This document shows, in pieces, positions 7,901-16,860 of a stretch of DNA of 39,480 nucleotides (position 1 is the first letter of the stretch; each line of letters opens with the position of its first letter). A program made the position numbers and the translations under genes. This DNA is from an uncultured Bacteriovoracaceae bacterium. GTDB taxonomy: Bacteria > Bdellovibrionota > Bacteriovoracia > Bacteriovoracales > Bacteriovoracaceae. The stretch is taken from the NCBI GenBank assembly GCA_913053615.1, contig CAJXHA010000001.1:1-39480 (forward strand), written 5' to 3'. The notes beneath the pieces are model-generated. The model was given only the letters and a program-made list of their open reading frames with translations, searched no databases and was not told the origin of the DNA.

Positions 7901-10900
7901 TTGAGAGGATTATTTTTTCTATTATTTATCTTCATTAGTAATAGTCTTTGGGCCTATATAAGCCCAGATTCAACTAAGAGCTTTATAAGAGAAAAACTGC
8001 AATTACAAGATGGCCTTAAAAATAGCCAACTCACAGGCTTATTACAATTTAAAACAGAAATTCTGCAAAGAAAATTAGAAGTCACAAGTAATCTAGAAAA
8101 TCACTATCGCTTAAATTTAGAATTAGATAATGAGGAAATTCAAGAAGAATTAGCTGATGAGAAAATACTAATTGTATATCAATTAATCGATACAGAAATT
8201 CAAAGCATTATTTCGGATCTACAACGGTATCAAAGAGATGAGATTGAGCTAGATGAAGAAGTCATTTATACACGCTTACAAAAAATCTTAGAGCTAAACT
8301 ACTCCACAAAAACTTCAGGCATAGGCCTTTCTCAAAGTATGATCATCGAATACGTTCGTGAATACTTTGAAGACCATAAGATATCTAAGAGAAACCCCAT
8401 CACTGGCGAAGCCACAAATTTATGGAATAGAGAGAAGTCTCGTCCTTATACTCATGATGAATTAAAAGTATATAAAGAAAATGGTGGAGACCTTTCTCTA
8501 TTAGATCCTACACCTAATACACCATTTTGGTATCCAATACGCATCGAAAATAAAGCTCTTGAAAGACACTTTGCACGTGGACAAGATCCTATGTATAAAG
8601 ATGTTAAGATTTGGTTTCCAACTAAGAGAGCTAAGTTTAAAAAGGTTAAAAAATCTCAAACAAAACCTAAGTTTCACGTTACTGCCAAAAAGAATGGCAA
8701 GAAGTTTAAATACAAATTAAAATTAGCAGAAGAAATTCAATCTGAAGTCACGGCCAGTGCCCTTAGTTCTGCCCTAGGTTATCATTACGATATTTCTGAA
8801 TACGTGAAAGATTTTGAAATAGAATTACCATCTAAATTAACTGTGGATGAGCTAAAACAAGAGTTTAATAGTTATTATTCGAAATACGATTTTGATAAAT
8901 TTGTTAAAGAAATTATTCAAGAAGAAGATAAAACCATTATTGTCATTAAAGAGGCCCTTTTAGAACTTATCCCAAAAGAGCTGATTCGCGTTGGTCCATG
9001 GGCCTATGGGGAAAATGATCATAAGAGCTATCGTGAGATTCGTGGTCTTTATATCTTTAATACATGGATTGCTAATAATGACATAAAAGAAGCTGATAAT
9101 AATAAACTGGTTCTTCGCATGAACGACGATGGCCAATATCAAATGTATCAATTCCAGCATGACCAAGGTTTTAGTTTTGGAAACTTCTCTAAAGAAAAAA
9201 TTGAAGAGTTTAAGTGGGATATTATCAAGAAAACTGGTCCTGAGTATGCTGTACTTATAAATAATAATTTTCAGGCCAATTCTGGTTTTGATCATGTAAC
9301 CTACGCTGATGCGAGATGGATGATTCGTAAAATTGCCAAGCTAAGCCGTTCTCAAATTGCTGATGCAGTTAGACTTGGTGGCTGGCCTACAGAGGTTGCG
9401 ATTTTACTTACAGAAAAACTTATTAATAGAAGAAATCAATTAGTCTCTGCCTTTGATTTAGAAGCTGAGCTTGGCCTACTTGAATGTAATCGCAATATTA
9501 ACACTGCCAATGGTGTGGTTCAAAATGGTGAACTAACTGACTTTAGCTTTGAAGACTATATTAGAAATTATGGTGGTGAACTTCATGAGATGATGCTACC
9601 GATCTATGAGTCTGCTAAGTACTATGCTGCGCAAGGAGCCATTGCCCTCACTTCAAGCTTTGATACTTTTGTTATCGACTCACAAGAACTTGGTTATGAC
9701 TCAAATTACTTAGGCCAAATTCAAGTAACTCTTAATAGAGATATTAAAGAAAATGAGCGCAAGCAAGAGATCGACGATAATTTTATTGTACAAGACAGAG
9801 TCAGAGTACGTTTCTCACTTGGGGTGGGAATGGTCTTACGTGGTAAAGTTAGTTATTATAAAGACTATCGTTTAATCTACACTAAGAAAACTAGAGAAGA
9901 AGCGACCTTTAATAATAATTTTATTTTTAATGCTCTACTACCTTTTCATAAAAGGCAAAATAAATTACCGGAAGACTATGTCCTCATAGTAGAAGATGGC
10001 TTTGAAGGTGAAGGTGAACTCTTCTTTTCTGATACCCGCATACCAATAAGTGCTAGTTTTTCTAAAGGGATCGGACTTATGTCACGTACTCTTTATCATA
10101 GAAATGCAAATGACTATACAGTTTTTAGAGATCGTTCTCACTTTAGTTCATGGCATGCAGCACTTTATGCAAATCTCTATTTATTAAGAATCCCTGTGTT
10201 CCAAGCAGATGGCTATAATGGAAATTTAACTCGACAGATTTTCAAATTAAGTTTTGATGAGAAAGCTGAAAAAGATCAAAGAAAGTTAAAAGCTTTTGAA
10301 CACCTATTGATGACTGGTGATATACTACCTCTTTCCCAGGTTGCCAAAACTGCCACCCTAAGAAGTGACTATGTTAGTCGTCGTGGTTTTATTGATCTCT
10401 TTGGTCTTTTTAGAATGGATAATCGCTCACGTGAAGACAAAATCATCTATGATGACCACGATAGTTTTACTTCAAATCGCTATTATCAATATAATGCGGA
10501 ACAAATACGAGAGTGGAAGTGGTTTGATAATGGTGAAATTAAAAATCGTCGTTTTCACCTCTTAGGTGATATGGATGAGAATGAAGAATTAGATGATATC
10601 GATCTCCGTATTAGCTTCACCATTGAAGATCGCAATACTAAGATGGAAGAATTAAGTCAGCATTATATTCCATTGGCCAATCGCTTAGCGCTTAATAAAA
10701 AGTTCTTAGACTTTACCCCTGAGCTACACTCAACAAATGATACTTGGGGTAATATGCATATTGATGTAAATCTGGGCTACCCTAAAAAAGCATTAGATAG
10801 AATGCTTGCCATTACCAATGAGGAGTTCTACCAGGTCATGGCAAATTCATCTAATCGAGATGTGGATTTTTGGAGTGGGAAAACCAGAGAGGAAGTAGAT

Positions 10901-11257
10901 TATACTAGTAATCGCATGCGTTGGCGCCTAAGAGAGTTTTTAAAAGACCTTGAAAGTGCACGTAAAAAAGAAAAAGATACTGATCGCTATAAGAAACTTA
11001 CTAAGAGTTTAAAAGAACTTATTTGGAAAGAATCTGATGCTTATAATACTTCTCTTTTAGAAAGAGTTAATTATATCATTGGCAGCGATAATTACTTTAT
11101 TGAAGCACGCATGAGTATGGCCGACTATACAGAAATGCGTCTTCCCGCAGATGCTCCCCTATACAATGTGAGAAATAAGGTACTCTATCGCGATCACTTA
11201 AGCTTTGATTTTGAGTATTATCGCATGCGTGATGTTTGGTATATGTTTCAGGAATAG
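7901..11257 (+). CDS. Large secreted protein of unknown function with a possible atypical kinase-like core
   Basis: TTG start preceded by AAGGGGA (7890-7896). Signal peptide MRGLFFLLFIFISNSLWA. Residues ~260-430 show a Lys-rich strand (KFKYKLKL), an acidic helix (AEEIQSE), FNTWIANNDIKEADNN (D394/K396/N400) and HDQGFSFG (D421). Confidence 0.7.
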   Translation: MRGLFFLLFIFISNSLWAYISPDSTKSFIREKLQLQDGLKNSQLTGLLQFKTEILQRKLEVTSNLENHYRLNLELDNEEIQEELADEKILIVYQLIDTEIQSIISDLQRYQRDEIELDEEVIYTRLQKILELNYSTKTSGIGLSQSMIIEYVREYFEDHKISKRNPITGEATNLWNREKSRPYTHDELKVYKENGGDLSLLDPTPNTPFWYPIRIENKALERHFARGQDPMYKDVKIWFPTKRAKFKKVKKSQTKPKFHVTAKKNGKKFKYKLKLAEEIQSEVTASALSSALGYHYDISEYVKDFEIELPSKLTVDELKQEFNSYYSKYDFDKFVKEIIQEEDKTIIVIKEALLELIPKELIRVGPWAYGENDHKSYREIRGLYIFNTWIANNDIKEADNNKLVLRMNDDGQYQMYQFQHDQGFSFGNFSKEKIEEFKWDIIKKTGPEYAVLINNNFQANSGFDHVTYADARWMIRKIAKLSRSQIADAVRLGGWPTEVAILLTEKLINRRNQLVSAFDLEAELGLLECNRNINTANGVVQNGELTDFSFEDYIRNYGGELHEMMLPIYESAKYYAAQGAIALTSSFDTFVIDSQELGYDSNYLGQIQVTLNRDIKENERKQEIDDNFIVQDRVRVRFSLGVGMVLRGKVSYYKDYRLIYTKKTREEATFNNNFIFNALLPFHKRQNKLPEDYVLIVEDGFEGEGELFFSDTRIPISASFSKGIGLMSRTLYHRNANDYTVFRDRSHFSSWHAALYANLYLLRIPVFQADGYNGNLTRQIFKLSFDEKAEKDQRKLKAFEHLLMTGDILPLSQVAKTATLRSDYVSRRGFIDLFGLFRMDNRSREDKIIYDDHDSFTSNRYYQYNAEQIREWKWFDNGEIKNRRFHLLGDMDENEELDDIDLRISFTIEDRNTKMEELSQHYIPLANRLALNKKFLDFTPELHSTNDTWGNMHIDVNLGYPKKALDRMLAITNEEFYQVMANSSNRDVDFWSGKTREEVDYTSNRMRWRLREFLKDLESARKKEKDTDRYKKLTKSLKELIWKESDAYNTSLLERVNYIIGSDNYFIEARMSMADYTEMRLPADAPLYNVRNKVLYRDHLSFDFEYYRMRDVWYMFQE

Positions 11258-11279
11258 TTGGGTCTAATTAAAACCCAAC
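11257..11279. terminator. Weak hairpin overlapping the stop of the 1118-aa gene and the orphan ggt stop; likely ancestral inter-gene hairpin
   Basis: GTTGGGT (11257-11263) - ctaattaaa - ACCCAAC (11273-11279). The left arm is absent at the second repeat copy, where the sequence is gatcgga. Confidence 0.3.
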
Positions 11280-11300
11280 TGCTTGTCCATAACCACGCAT
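11264..11300. repeat. Direct repeat copy 1: orphan duplicate of the ggt 3' end (candidate att site)
   Basis: CTAATTAAAACCCAACTGCTTGTCCATAACCACGCAT is identical to 15054-15090. On the minus strand it reads ATG CGT GGT TAT GGA CAA GCA GTT GGG TTT TAA, which is MRGYGQAVGF*, the C-terminus of GGT. No gene body is attached here. Confidence 0.9.
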
Positions 11301-11352
11301 TTCACAGAAATCCAAAAGCTCTAAACTACTGAATTTAAACAAGTTCACCACA

Positions 11353-11381
11353 TTGTAAAACGTGTTATAACATGTTATACT
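11353..11381 (+). promoter_or_regulatory. mazEF promoter with embedded palindromic operator
   Basis: TTGTAA (11353-11358), a 17-nt spacer, then TATACT (11376-11381) with a TG extended -10. The spacer holds the perfect 10-bp palindrome TGTTATAACA (11363-11372), immediately followed by a third half-site TGTTATAC. GGAG SD at 11401-11404. Confidence 0.6.
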
Positions 11382-11411
11382 AACATTATCTTTTAGTCAG
11401 GGAGACTATCT

Positions 11412-11648
11412 ATGGGTGCTATAAAGCTTAGCAAGATTGGAAATTCACAAGGATTTACATTACCTAAAGAGTTACTTGAAAGAGGTAACTTCAAGCTTGG
11501 TGATGAATTAGAAATACATCTTTATAATGGACGCCTTATCATTTTTAAAAAACCTCAACATCATACTGAAATGAGCTTTGAAGATAATAATAACTTAGAT
11601 AAGGAAGACAGAGAATGGATTGACTCTGATTTAGGAGAATGGGAATAG
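11412..11648 (+). CDS. mazE: AbrB/SpoVT-fold MazE/PemI-type antitoxin
   Basis: The N-terminus KLSKIGNSQGFTLPKELLE...GDELEI is the swapped-hairpin AbrB/MazE motif, and the C-terminal tail is acidic. The stop lies 1 nt before the toxin ATG. Confidence 0.8.
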   Translation: MGAIKLSKIGNSQGFTLPKELLERGNFKLGDELEIHLYNGRLIIFKKPQHHTEMSFEDNNNLDKEDREWIDSDLGEWE

Positions 11649-11649
11649 A

Positions 11650-11970
11650 ATGCTAAGAGGTGAAGTTTGGGACGTTGCTTTGAGTCCTACAAAAGGAAGT
11701 GAACAAAAAGGTACAAGGCCTGCGGTAATCATATCTCCTAATACATTGAACACAAGCTTAGATATCAAAGTTGTCATTCCTCTTACAACTAAATTAAAAA
11801 ACTGGCCTTCAAGAGTTAATACAGATTTCAAAACTATTAAAGGTCAAGCAATGTGTGAACAAATTAGAACAGTATCAAATAAAAGACTTGTTAATAAACA
11901 AGGCAATCTATCTGACAGTGAAATTGTTGAAATTATGAGTACTATTTCTGCTCTTTATGGAACGGCCTAA
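11650..11970 (+). CDS. mazF: MazF/PemK-family endoribonuclease toxin
   Basis: RGEVWDVALSPTKGSEQKGTRPAVIIS...VIPLTTK...CEQIRTVSNKRL matches the PemK/MazF signature (G-x-EQ-x-G-x-RP, P-x-T, Q-x-R-x-x). Confidence 0.85.
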   Translation: MLRGEVWDVALSPTKGSEQKGTRPAVIISPNTLNTSLDIKVVIPLTTKLKNWPSRVNTDFKTIKGQAMCEQIRTVSNKRLVNKQGNLSDSEIVEIMSTISALYGTA

Positions 11971-12160
11971 GTTATACTGAGCTAGGATTGTAATATCTGG
12001 TTTGAAATCATAATTATTTATTAAAAAAATAATAAAACAACTCCCCCCAATAATCATTAATAGAATCTTTTAGACATACTAAATTAAGTTACCTTAAGAG
12101 AAGATACGTCCCTGTATATTCATTTTAGCATAAATGTTACTCTTGTTAAAAGGGTCAAAA

Positions 12161-12778
12161 ATGTTAAAATTAATTTTCTTCACAGGATTATGCTTAATCT
12201 TATTTACTAGTTGTTCTTCTACAACAAAGTATGGACTTGTAGCTGGAGCTCAAAAAGCTAATTACAAGGAAACTGCTGATGTATCAAGTGTCATAACGGG
12301 AAATGGGACTCTCCTTCCAGACTATACAAATGAGGGTAATGGTTTTTTCATTGGGATATCCGAAGAGCTTCCATGGATACTAACTAAAATAGTCTACTTT
12401 CAAAATAAATATGAAGACAAAGATTATTCATATGATGGAACCACTTACGCAACAGCTTTAAGTGAGTCAGGAATCAGAGGCTCTCTTGCTTTAAAATTTG
12501 GTTTTTTCCAACCATTTATATCATTCGCAAGTTATAACTCAGAATATGAAGTCAATGGTTCAAGTGATGAAACTGACTATACTGCCCTTGGGTATGGAGT
12601 TGATTTAGAGTTTAATGTTGGAAAAGATAAATATATTTACTTAGGTATTGAACTCAATACTTATGAAGATACTGTTGTCGATGGATTAGTTTTTGCAGAA
12701 CAAACCCTAGAGCACCAAACGATATACTTGGGTTATAGACAAAATTTTTGGACTGTTGGTGGTAAAGGCAGTAAATGA
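12161..12778 (+). CDS. Lipoprotein, probably a small outer-membrane beta-barrel
   Basis: I placed the start at ATG 12161 (MLKLIFFTGLCLILFTSC, lipobox LFTSC), after AAAGGG. The body shows alternating aromatic/polar beta-strand periodicity (GYGVDLEFNVG, IYLGIELNTY, IYLGYRQNF). Confidence 0.6.
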   Translation: MLKLIFFTGLCLILFTSCSSTTKYGLVAGAQKANYKETADVSSVITGNGTLLPDYTNEGNGFFIGISEELPWILTKIVYFQNKYEDKDYSYDGTTYATALSESGIRGSLALKFGFFQPFISFASYNSEYEVNGSSDETDYTALGYGVDLEFNVGKDKYIYLGIELNTYEDTVVDGLVFAEQTLEHQTIYLGYRQNFWTVGGKGSK

Positions 12779-14592
12779 TGATATTCCATATTAAAGCTAT
12801 AACCCTTATTTTCTTTCTGGCAATAAAACTTTATGCAAACGAAAGAAATAATAAAGTACTTATACGCAAAAGTATTGAACATCTAGATAATAAAAGAATT
12901 CATAGAGGGTATTTAAAATTTCAAATAAAGGATGAGGAATTTAAAAGTCTTAAAGAAAAACAAAGGACACTTTTCTATAAAAGTTTAATTTCACCTAGTG
13001 AAAACATAAAAGATTTAGAAATAGGAGAAATAAAAAAGTCTAAAGATGGCATGTATAAAGTTAACTTTAGTTATCAATCCAAAATGCCAATGATAGTACT
13101 AAGTAAGAATTTGTATGCATTTGACTTAACCTACCCTCAAATAAATATTTTAAAGTACTCTCTCCAACCAAGAGAAAAGAGAATTAAAACATATTTTAAT
13201 ATTGATTTTGAAAAGAATATTTATATAAAAGAAAGTAATTTTAGTAAATATGCTCTTCAAAAGTGCAATTATAAGAATTCATTCATTGATATCTCGTATG
13301 ATATTTCTCGTAAAAAAAATGGAGTTTTAGTCACACATAAATATTCATTAAATAAAATTGATATGGAAGTTTCAGATGAGATAATCAAAGAAATTGAAAA
13401 TCTAAAATCTTACTTGAATTCATGTTCAAGTTTTTATTTAACATACAGTCCAGGAGATCAGACAAATCTTGAAAATTATTTATTTAAAAATGATTTGATA
13501 AATGATTTGAATTTAATTTACTTATTTCAAAATAGTCCTCAAAGATATAGAGAGTTAATTTTAAAGAACATAGACTCAAAATACGATGGTTCTAGTTTAT
13601 TATATTTCAAAGCATGGAATGCAATGATTAAAAAAGATCATAAATCAGCAGTAAGTTTAATTGATCAATCAGTTCAGTCTAAACCAGTTTATTATAGAGC
13701 CGAGGGCTATAGGCTCATCTGTTATCATGAATTAGAGAAAGATAAAGTTCATATGCCACAATTAATCGATTTAAAAAGCTCTAAAAATACAAGTCAATTT
13801 TTTAAAGATTACTATACAGCAAGGTATTGGCATAGAAAGAAAGATTATAAAAAATCCCGTAAACTTTTCAACAGTGCTCTAAAAAATAAAGACACTGAGA
13901 ATAGAATTGGAAATACTGAGTTTAATATAATATATAATTCTCTTTCATATATAAATGTAATAGAAAAGAAACATGAAGAAAATATTATTCTTAACAAAAA
14001 ATCATTATCAAGTTTAAGTTCTCGAAAAGCAAACGCACATGCCTTTATACTAAACTCATTAATTCAATTAAAACGAATTGATGAGGCTATTAAATATATG
14101 AAAGAAAAGGAATTTCCAGTAACTAATGATTACTTAAGTTCAAAGTTTTCTGAAGTATATCAAGCAAAAGCTCATGCTGAACTAAAAAAAGAGAATGAAG
14201 ATGATGCAATAAAATACTTTAATAAGTCTTTAGAATATTATTCATACTCAGATCCATACTATGTTTTGGGTCAAATTTTTGAAAATAGAAAAAATTATAA
14301 AAAAGCTTTTGATTCTTTTCTTGAAGCGATTAAAATATCGCCCAATTTAAATGGATACTATAGAAGAATTTCTACAATAATGCTTTTTAAATTAAATAAC
14401 GACCCCATATACACTAGTCTATTTTTTTCAGAAATTAGAAAACTAAACCCTAGTCATGTTAATAATGGTCTTGTATATCTATGTGAATTTTTTGTAAATA
14501 ATAAGACCGATGCAAGTAATAAATTTTGTAAGATGGCAGCTAATAGCTACCCTTTAAATCCTGCTTTGAAAGACAAAATCAATAAAATATAA
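12775..14592 (+). CDS. Secreted TPR-repeat protein, unknown function
   Basis: ATGA overlap with the lipoprotein gene. Signal peptide MMIFHIKAITLIFFLAIKLYA. The C-terminal half has TPR-like helix pairs (for example YYVLGQIFENRKNYKKAFDSFLEAIKISPN). The DNA is extremely AT-rich. Confidence 0.6.
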   Translation: MMIFHIKAITLIFFLAIKLYANERNNKVLIRKSIEHLDNKRIHRGYLKFQIKDEEFKSLKEKQRTLFYKSLISPSENIKDLEIGEIKKSKDGMYKVNFSYQSKMPMIVLSKNLYAFDLTYPQINILKYSLQPREKRIKTYFNIDFEKNIYIKESNFSKYALQKCNYKNSFIDISYDISRKKNGVLVTHKYSLNKIDMEVSDEIIKEIENLKSYLNSCSSFYLTYSPGDQTNLENYLFKNDLINDLNLIYLFQNSPQRYRELILKNIDSKYDGSSLLYFKAWNAMIKKDHKSAVSLIDQSVQSKPVYYRAEGYRLICYHELEKDKVHMPQLIDLKSSKNTSQFFKDYYTARYWHRKKDYKKSRKLFNSALKNKDTENRIGNTEFNIIYNSLSYINVIEKKHEENIILNKKSLSSLSSRKANAHAFILNSLIQLKRIDEAIKYMKEKEFPVTNDYLSSKFSEVYQAKAHAELKKENEDDAIKYFNKSLEYYSYSDPYYVLGQIFENRKNYKKAFDSFLEAIKISPNLNGYYRRISTIMLFKLNNDPIYTSLFFSEIRKLNPSHVNNGLVYLCEFFVNNKTDASNKFCKMAANSYPLNPALKDKINKI

Positions 14593-14594
14593 AG

Positions 14595-15017
14595 CTAATC
14601 TTTTTTCTTAGGAGGAACATAATTATTTTTTTTAAAAAATCTTTTGGCATAAACATAAAGACAAAAGAAAAGAATAAATCCAAAGAATTCGCGATTAAAT
14701 AGATTTGTAAAATTAGTATCTCCAAAAGCAATTCTGATAAAGAGAAAAAAAGAAATGATAAGAAGATTTAGTTTAATTAATAGGACAATATGATTTTTCA
14801 TCAATACTACACTATTCTGGAAAAAATAAGCCTGATTACCTTTATACCATGAATACGCTAAAGCTATAGCGTAGATAATTGTTTCAAGATTGCCTTTTGT
14901 ATAATGAATAATATTAAAGTTCTGATTGTAAAAACTAAACTGAAAAATGCTATAAAATAAAATTATACTTAAGTATAAGAAGCCTGCACTATAAAGGAAA
15001 TGTCTTAGTTTTAACAT
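14595..15017 (-). CDS. Small 4-TM membrane protein, unknown function
   Basis: It has four hydrophobic segments and a basic C-terminal tail (PPKKKD). It is convergent with the TPR gene at a 2-nt spacing. Its upstream region abuts repeat copy 2. Confidence 0.45.
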   Translation of the reverse strand: MLKLRHFLYSAGFLYLSIILFYSIFQFSFYNQNFNIIHYTKGNLETIIYAIALAYSWYKGNQAYFFQNSVVLMKNHIVLLIKLNLLIISFFLFIRIAFGDTNFTNLFNREFFGFILFFCLYVYAKRFFKKNNYVPPKKKD

Positions 15018-15053
15018 CTGTTCTCATTAGTTCTTATTTTTTAATAGATCGGA

Positions 15054-15090
15054 CTAATTAAAACCCAACTGCTTGTCCATAACCACGCAT
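15054..15090. repeat. Direct repeat copy 2: the functional 3' end of ggt (candidate att site)
   Basis: Identical 37-mer to 11264-11300. Here it is contiguous with the ggt reading frame. Confidence 0.9.
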
Positions 15091-16794
15091 ATCACTTACA
15101 CCATGAAGCTTACCATTTTCATTAGCAATGGCCTGAATAGAGCACCCAAAGCCTTTTTCATTGATTTTATATCCCATGGCCTGCAGCTCTTTTTTTGTAT
15201 TGGTATAAAAATATGGAGGATCCACGCGGATCTCATCAGGATACCATTGATGGTGATAACGAGTGGCCGCCACTGCTTCCCATAATGGAAGTTCATGCTC
15301 AATATAATTTAAAATCGTCTGTGCTACACAAGTAAGAATTCTTGTTCCACTTGGAGTTCCAAGGGCCAAAACCGGCTTTCCATCTTTAATCACAATACTT
15401 GGTGACATTGAACTTAATGGTCTTTTTCTAGCTTCTACTAAATTATTTTCTCCCCCCAGAGCACCAAAGAGATTTACCCCCGAAGCACTAGCAGCAAAGT
15501 CATCCATTTCATTATTCATAACAATTCCTGTCCCCTCTGCAACCAGAGCGGAACCAAACCAACCGTTAATGGTCTGAGTAGAAACAACGATATTTCCTTC
15601 TTTATCCATTAAAGAAAAGTGAGTGGTATGTTCTGGCTCCTTGCCTAATGGACTAGGTGTTTTTAATTCTTCAAAACTTAGTGCTTTATTCTTTTTAATA
15701 AGTTTTCTAAGTCTAGCGGCATAGTCTTTTGAAGTCAGAGTTTTCAAAGGAACATCTACAAAATCACTATCTCCCATATATCTTTGACGATCACGAAAAG
15801 CTAATTGCATTGCTGCACTTGTTAAGTGAATTGTTTTTGGGTTTTGAACTCCCATACTTTTCAGGTCATAGTCTTCTAAGATATTTAAGATTTGAACAAT
15901 ATGCGTCCCACCTGAACTTGGTGGTGGCATTGAAATTATCTCATATCCTTTATAGCTTCCTTTTATTGCATCACGTTTTTTTACTTCATAGCCTGCTAGG
16001 TCTTGCATGCTCATATCAGCTTTTTGCTCTTGAATAGAAGCGACGATTTTCTTGGCGATATCACCTGTATAAAAATCTTCTCCATAAGTTTGAGCAATCG
16101 TTTCTAAAGTCTTGGCAAGATCTTCTTGTACTAGCACGTGACCAATTGGCCAAGGCTCCCCTGCTTTATTTAAAAAGATTTCTTTTGAATCAGTGAATTT
16201 TAAAAGTCGATCTCTTTCTGCACTCATAGCATTATGAAGGGCAGGATAAACTTTAAATCCATTACGTGCTAGTTTGATTGCTGGTTGAACCGTTTTATCC
16301 CAATCCATTTTTCCCAGATCTTTGTGAATTTTAGCAAGACCTCTAACGAGTCCAGGCGTCCCCGCTGCAAAACCACCTGTTAGAGATTTATCTTTAATTT
16401 GTTTTCCTTCTGCATCCACAAAGTACTTCTTATGGGATTTTAATGGGGCCATCTCTCTAAAGTCATAGACATGGGACTTTTTAGTTTTCGCATCATAATA
16501 AATAAGAAAACCACCGCCACCAATTCCTGTTGAATGAGGTCTTTCAACTGAGATAGCAAAGGATACGGCCACAGCAGCATCAATGATATTTCCTCCGGCC
16601 TTAATAATTTCTAAACCAGCTGCACTGGTTCCCTCTCCTTGAGTGGTGATCATAAAATTATCACTTATGAGTTCATGCTTCTTTTTATTCTCTGCATCGA
16701 CTTTTACTTGGCGATAAGAAGAATCACATGCGATAGCAATAAAGATTAGAGTAATAGTAAGGACTAAGTGTGACATTTTAATAAAATTTTTCAT
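15058..16794 (-). CDS. ggt: Gamma-glutamyltransferase
   Basis: Full-length Ntn-hydrolase pattern. The autoprocessing/nucleophile site EHTTHFSLMDKEGNIV, the GGGGFLIYY motif and PLSSMSP are present. N-terminal signal/lipobox IAIAC. Confidence 0.9.
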   Translation of the reverse strand: MKNFIKMSHLVLTITLIFIAIACDSSYRQVKVDAENKKKHELISDNFMITTQGEGTSAAGLEIIKAGGNIIDAAVAVSFAISVERPHSTGIGGGGFLIYYDAKTKKSHVYDFREMAPLKSHKKYFVDAEGKQIKDKSLTGGFAAGTPGLVRGLAKIHKDLGKMDWDKTVQPAIKLARNGFKVYPALHNAMSAERDRLLKFTDSKEIFLNKAGEPWPIGHVLVQEDLAKTLETIAQTYGEDFYTGDIAKKIVASIQEQKADMSMQDLAGYEVKKRDAIKGSYKGYEIISMPPPSSGGTHIVQILNILEDYDLKSMGVQNPKTIHLTSAAMQLAFRDRQRYMGDSDFVDVPLKTLTSKDYAARLRKLIKKNKALSFEELKTPSPLGKEPEHTTHFSLMDKEGNIVVSTQTINGWFGSALVAEGTGIVMNNEMDDFAASASGVNLFGALGGENNLVEARKRPLSSMSPSIVIKDGKPVLALGTPSGTRILTCVAQTILNYIEHELPLWEAVAATRYHHQWYPDEIRVDPPYFYTNTKKELQAMGYKINEKGFGCSIQAIANENGKLHGVSDMRGYGQAVGF

Positions 16795-16860
16795 GACCCT
16801 ATTTTGAAGAAAAAGTCTTAAGCTGTCACGAAAAGATAACTTGAGTATAGCGGACGAGTA

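Larger units (their letters stand above)
11264..15090. mobile_element. Candidate integrated islet (non-autonomous or decayed) inserted at the 3' end of ggt
   Basis: It is bounded by the 37-bp perfect direct repeat (43/45 identical when extended). The interior is visibly more AT-rich than the flanks. It carries a type II toxin-antitoxin pair next to the left repeat. No integrase or transposase lies inside. Confidence 0.55.

Noticed and set aside
11301-15053. Search for an integrase, transposase or terminal inverted repeats inside the ggt-associated islet
   Set aside because: None of the five ORFs shows recombinase motifs (no R-H-R-Y or DDE pattern) and the ends are direct, not inverted. I therefore call it a candidate non-autonomous or decayed islet, not an IS, transposon or prophage.
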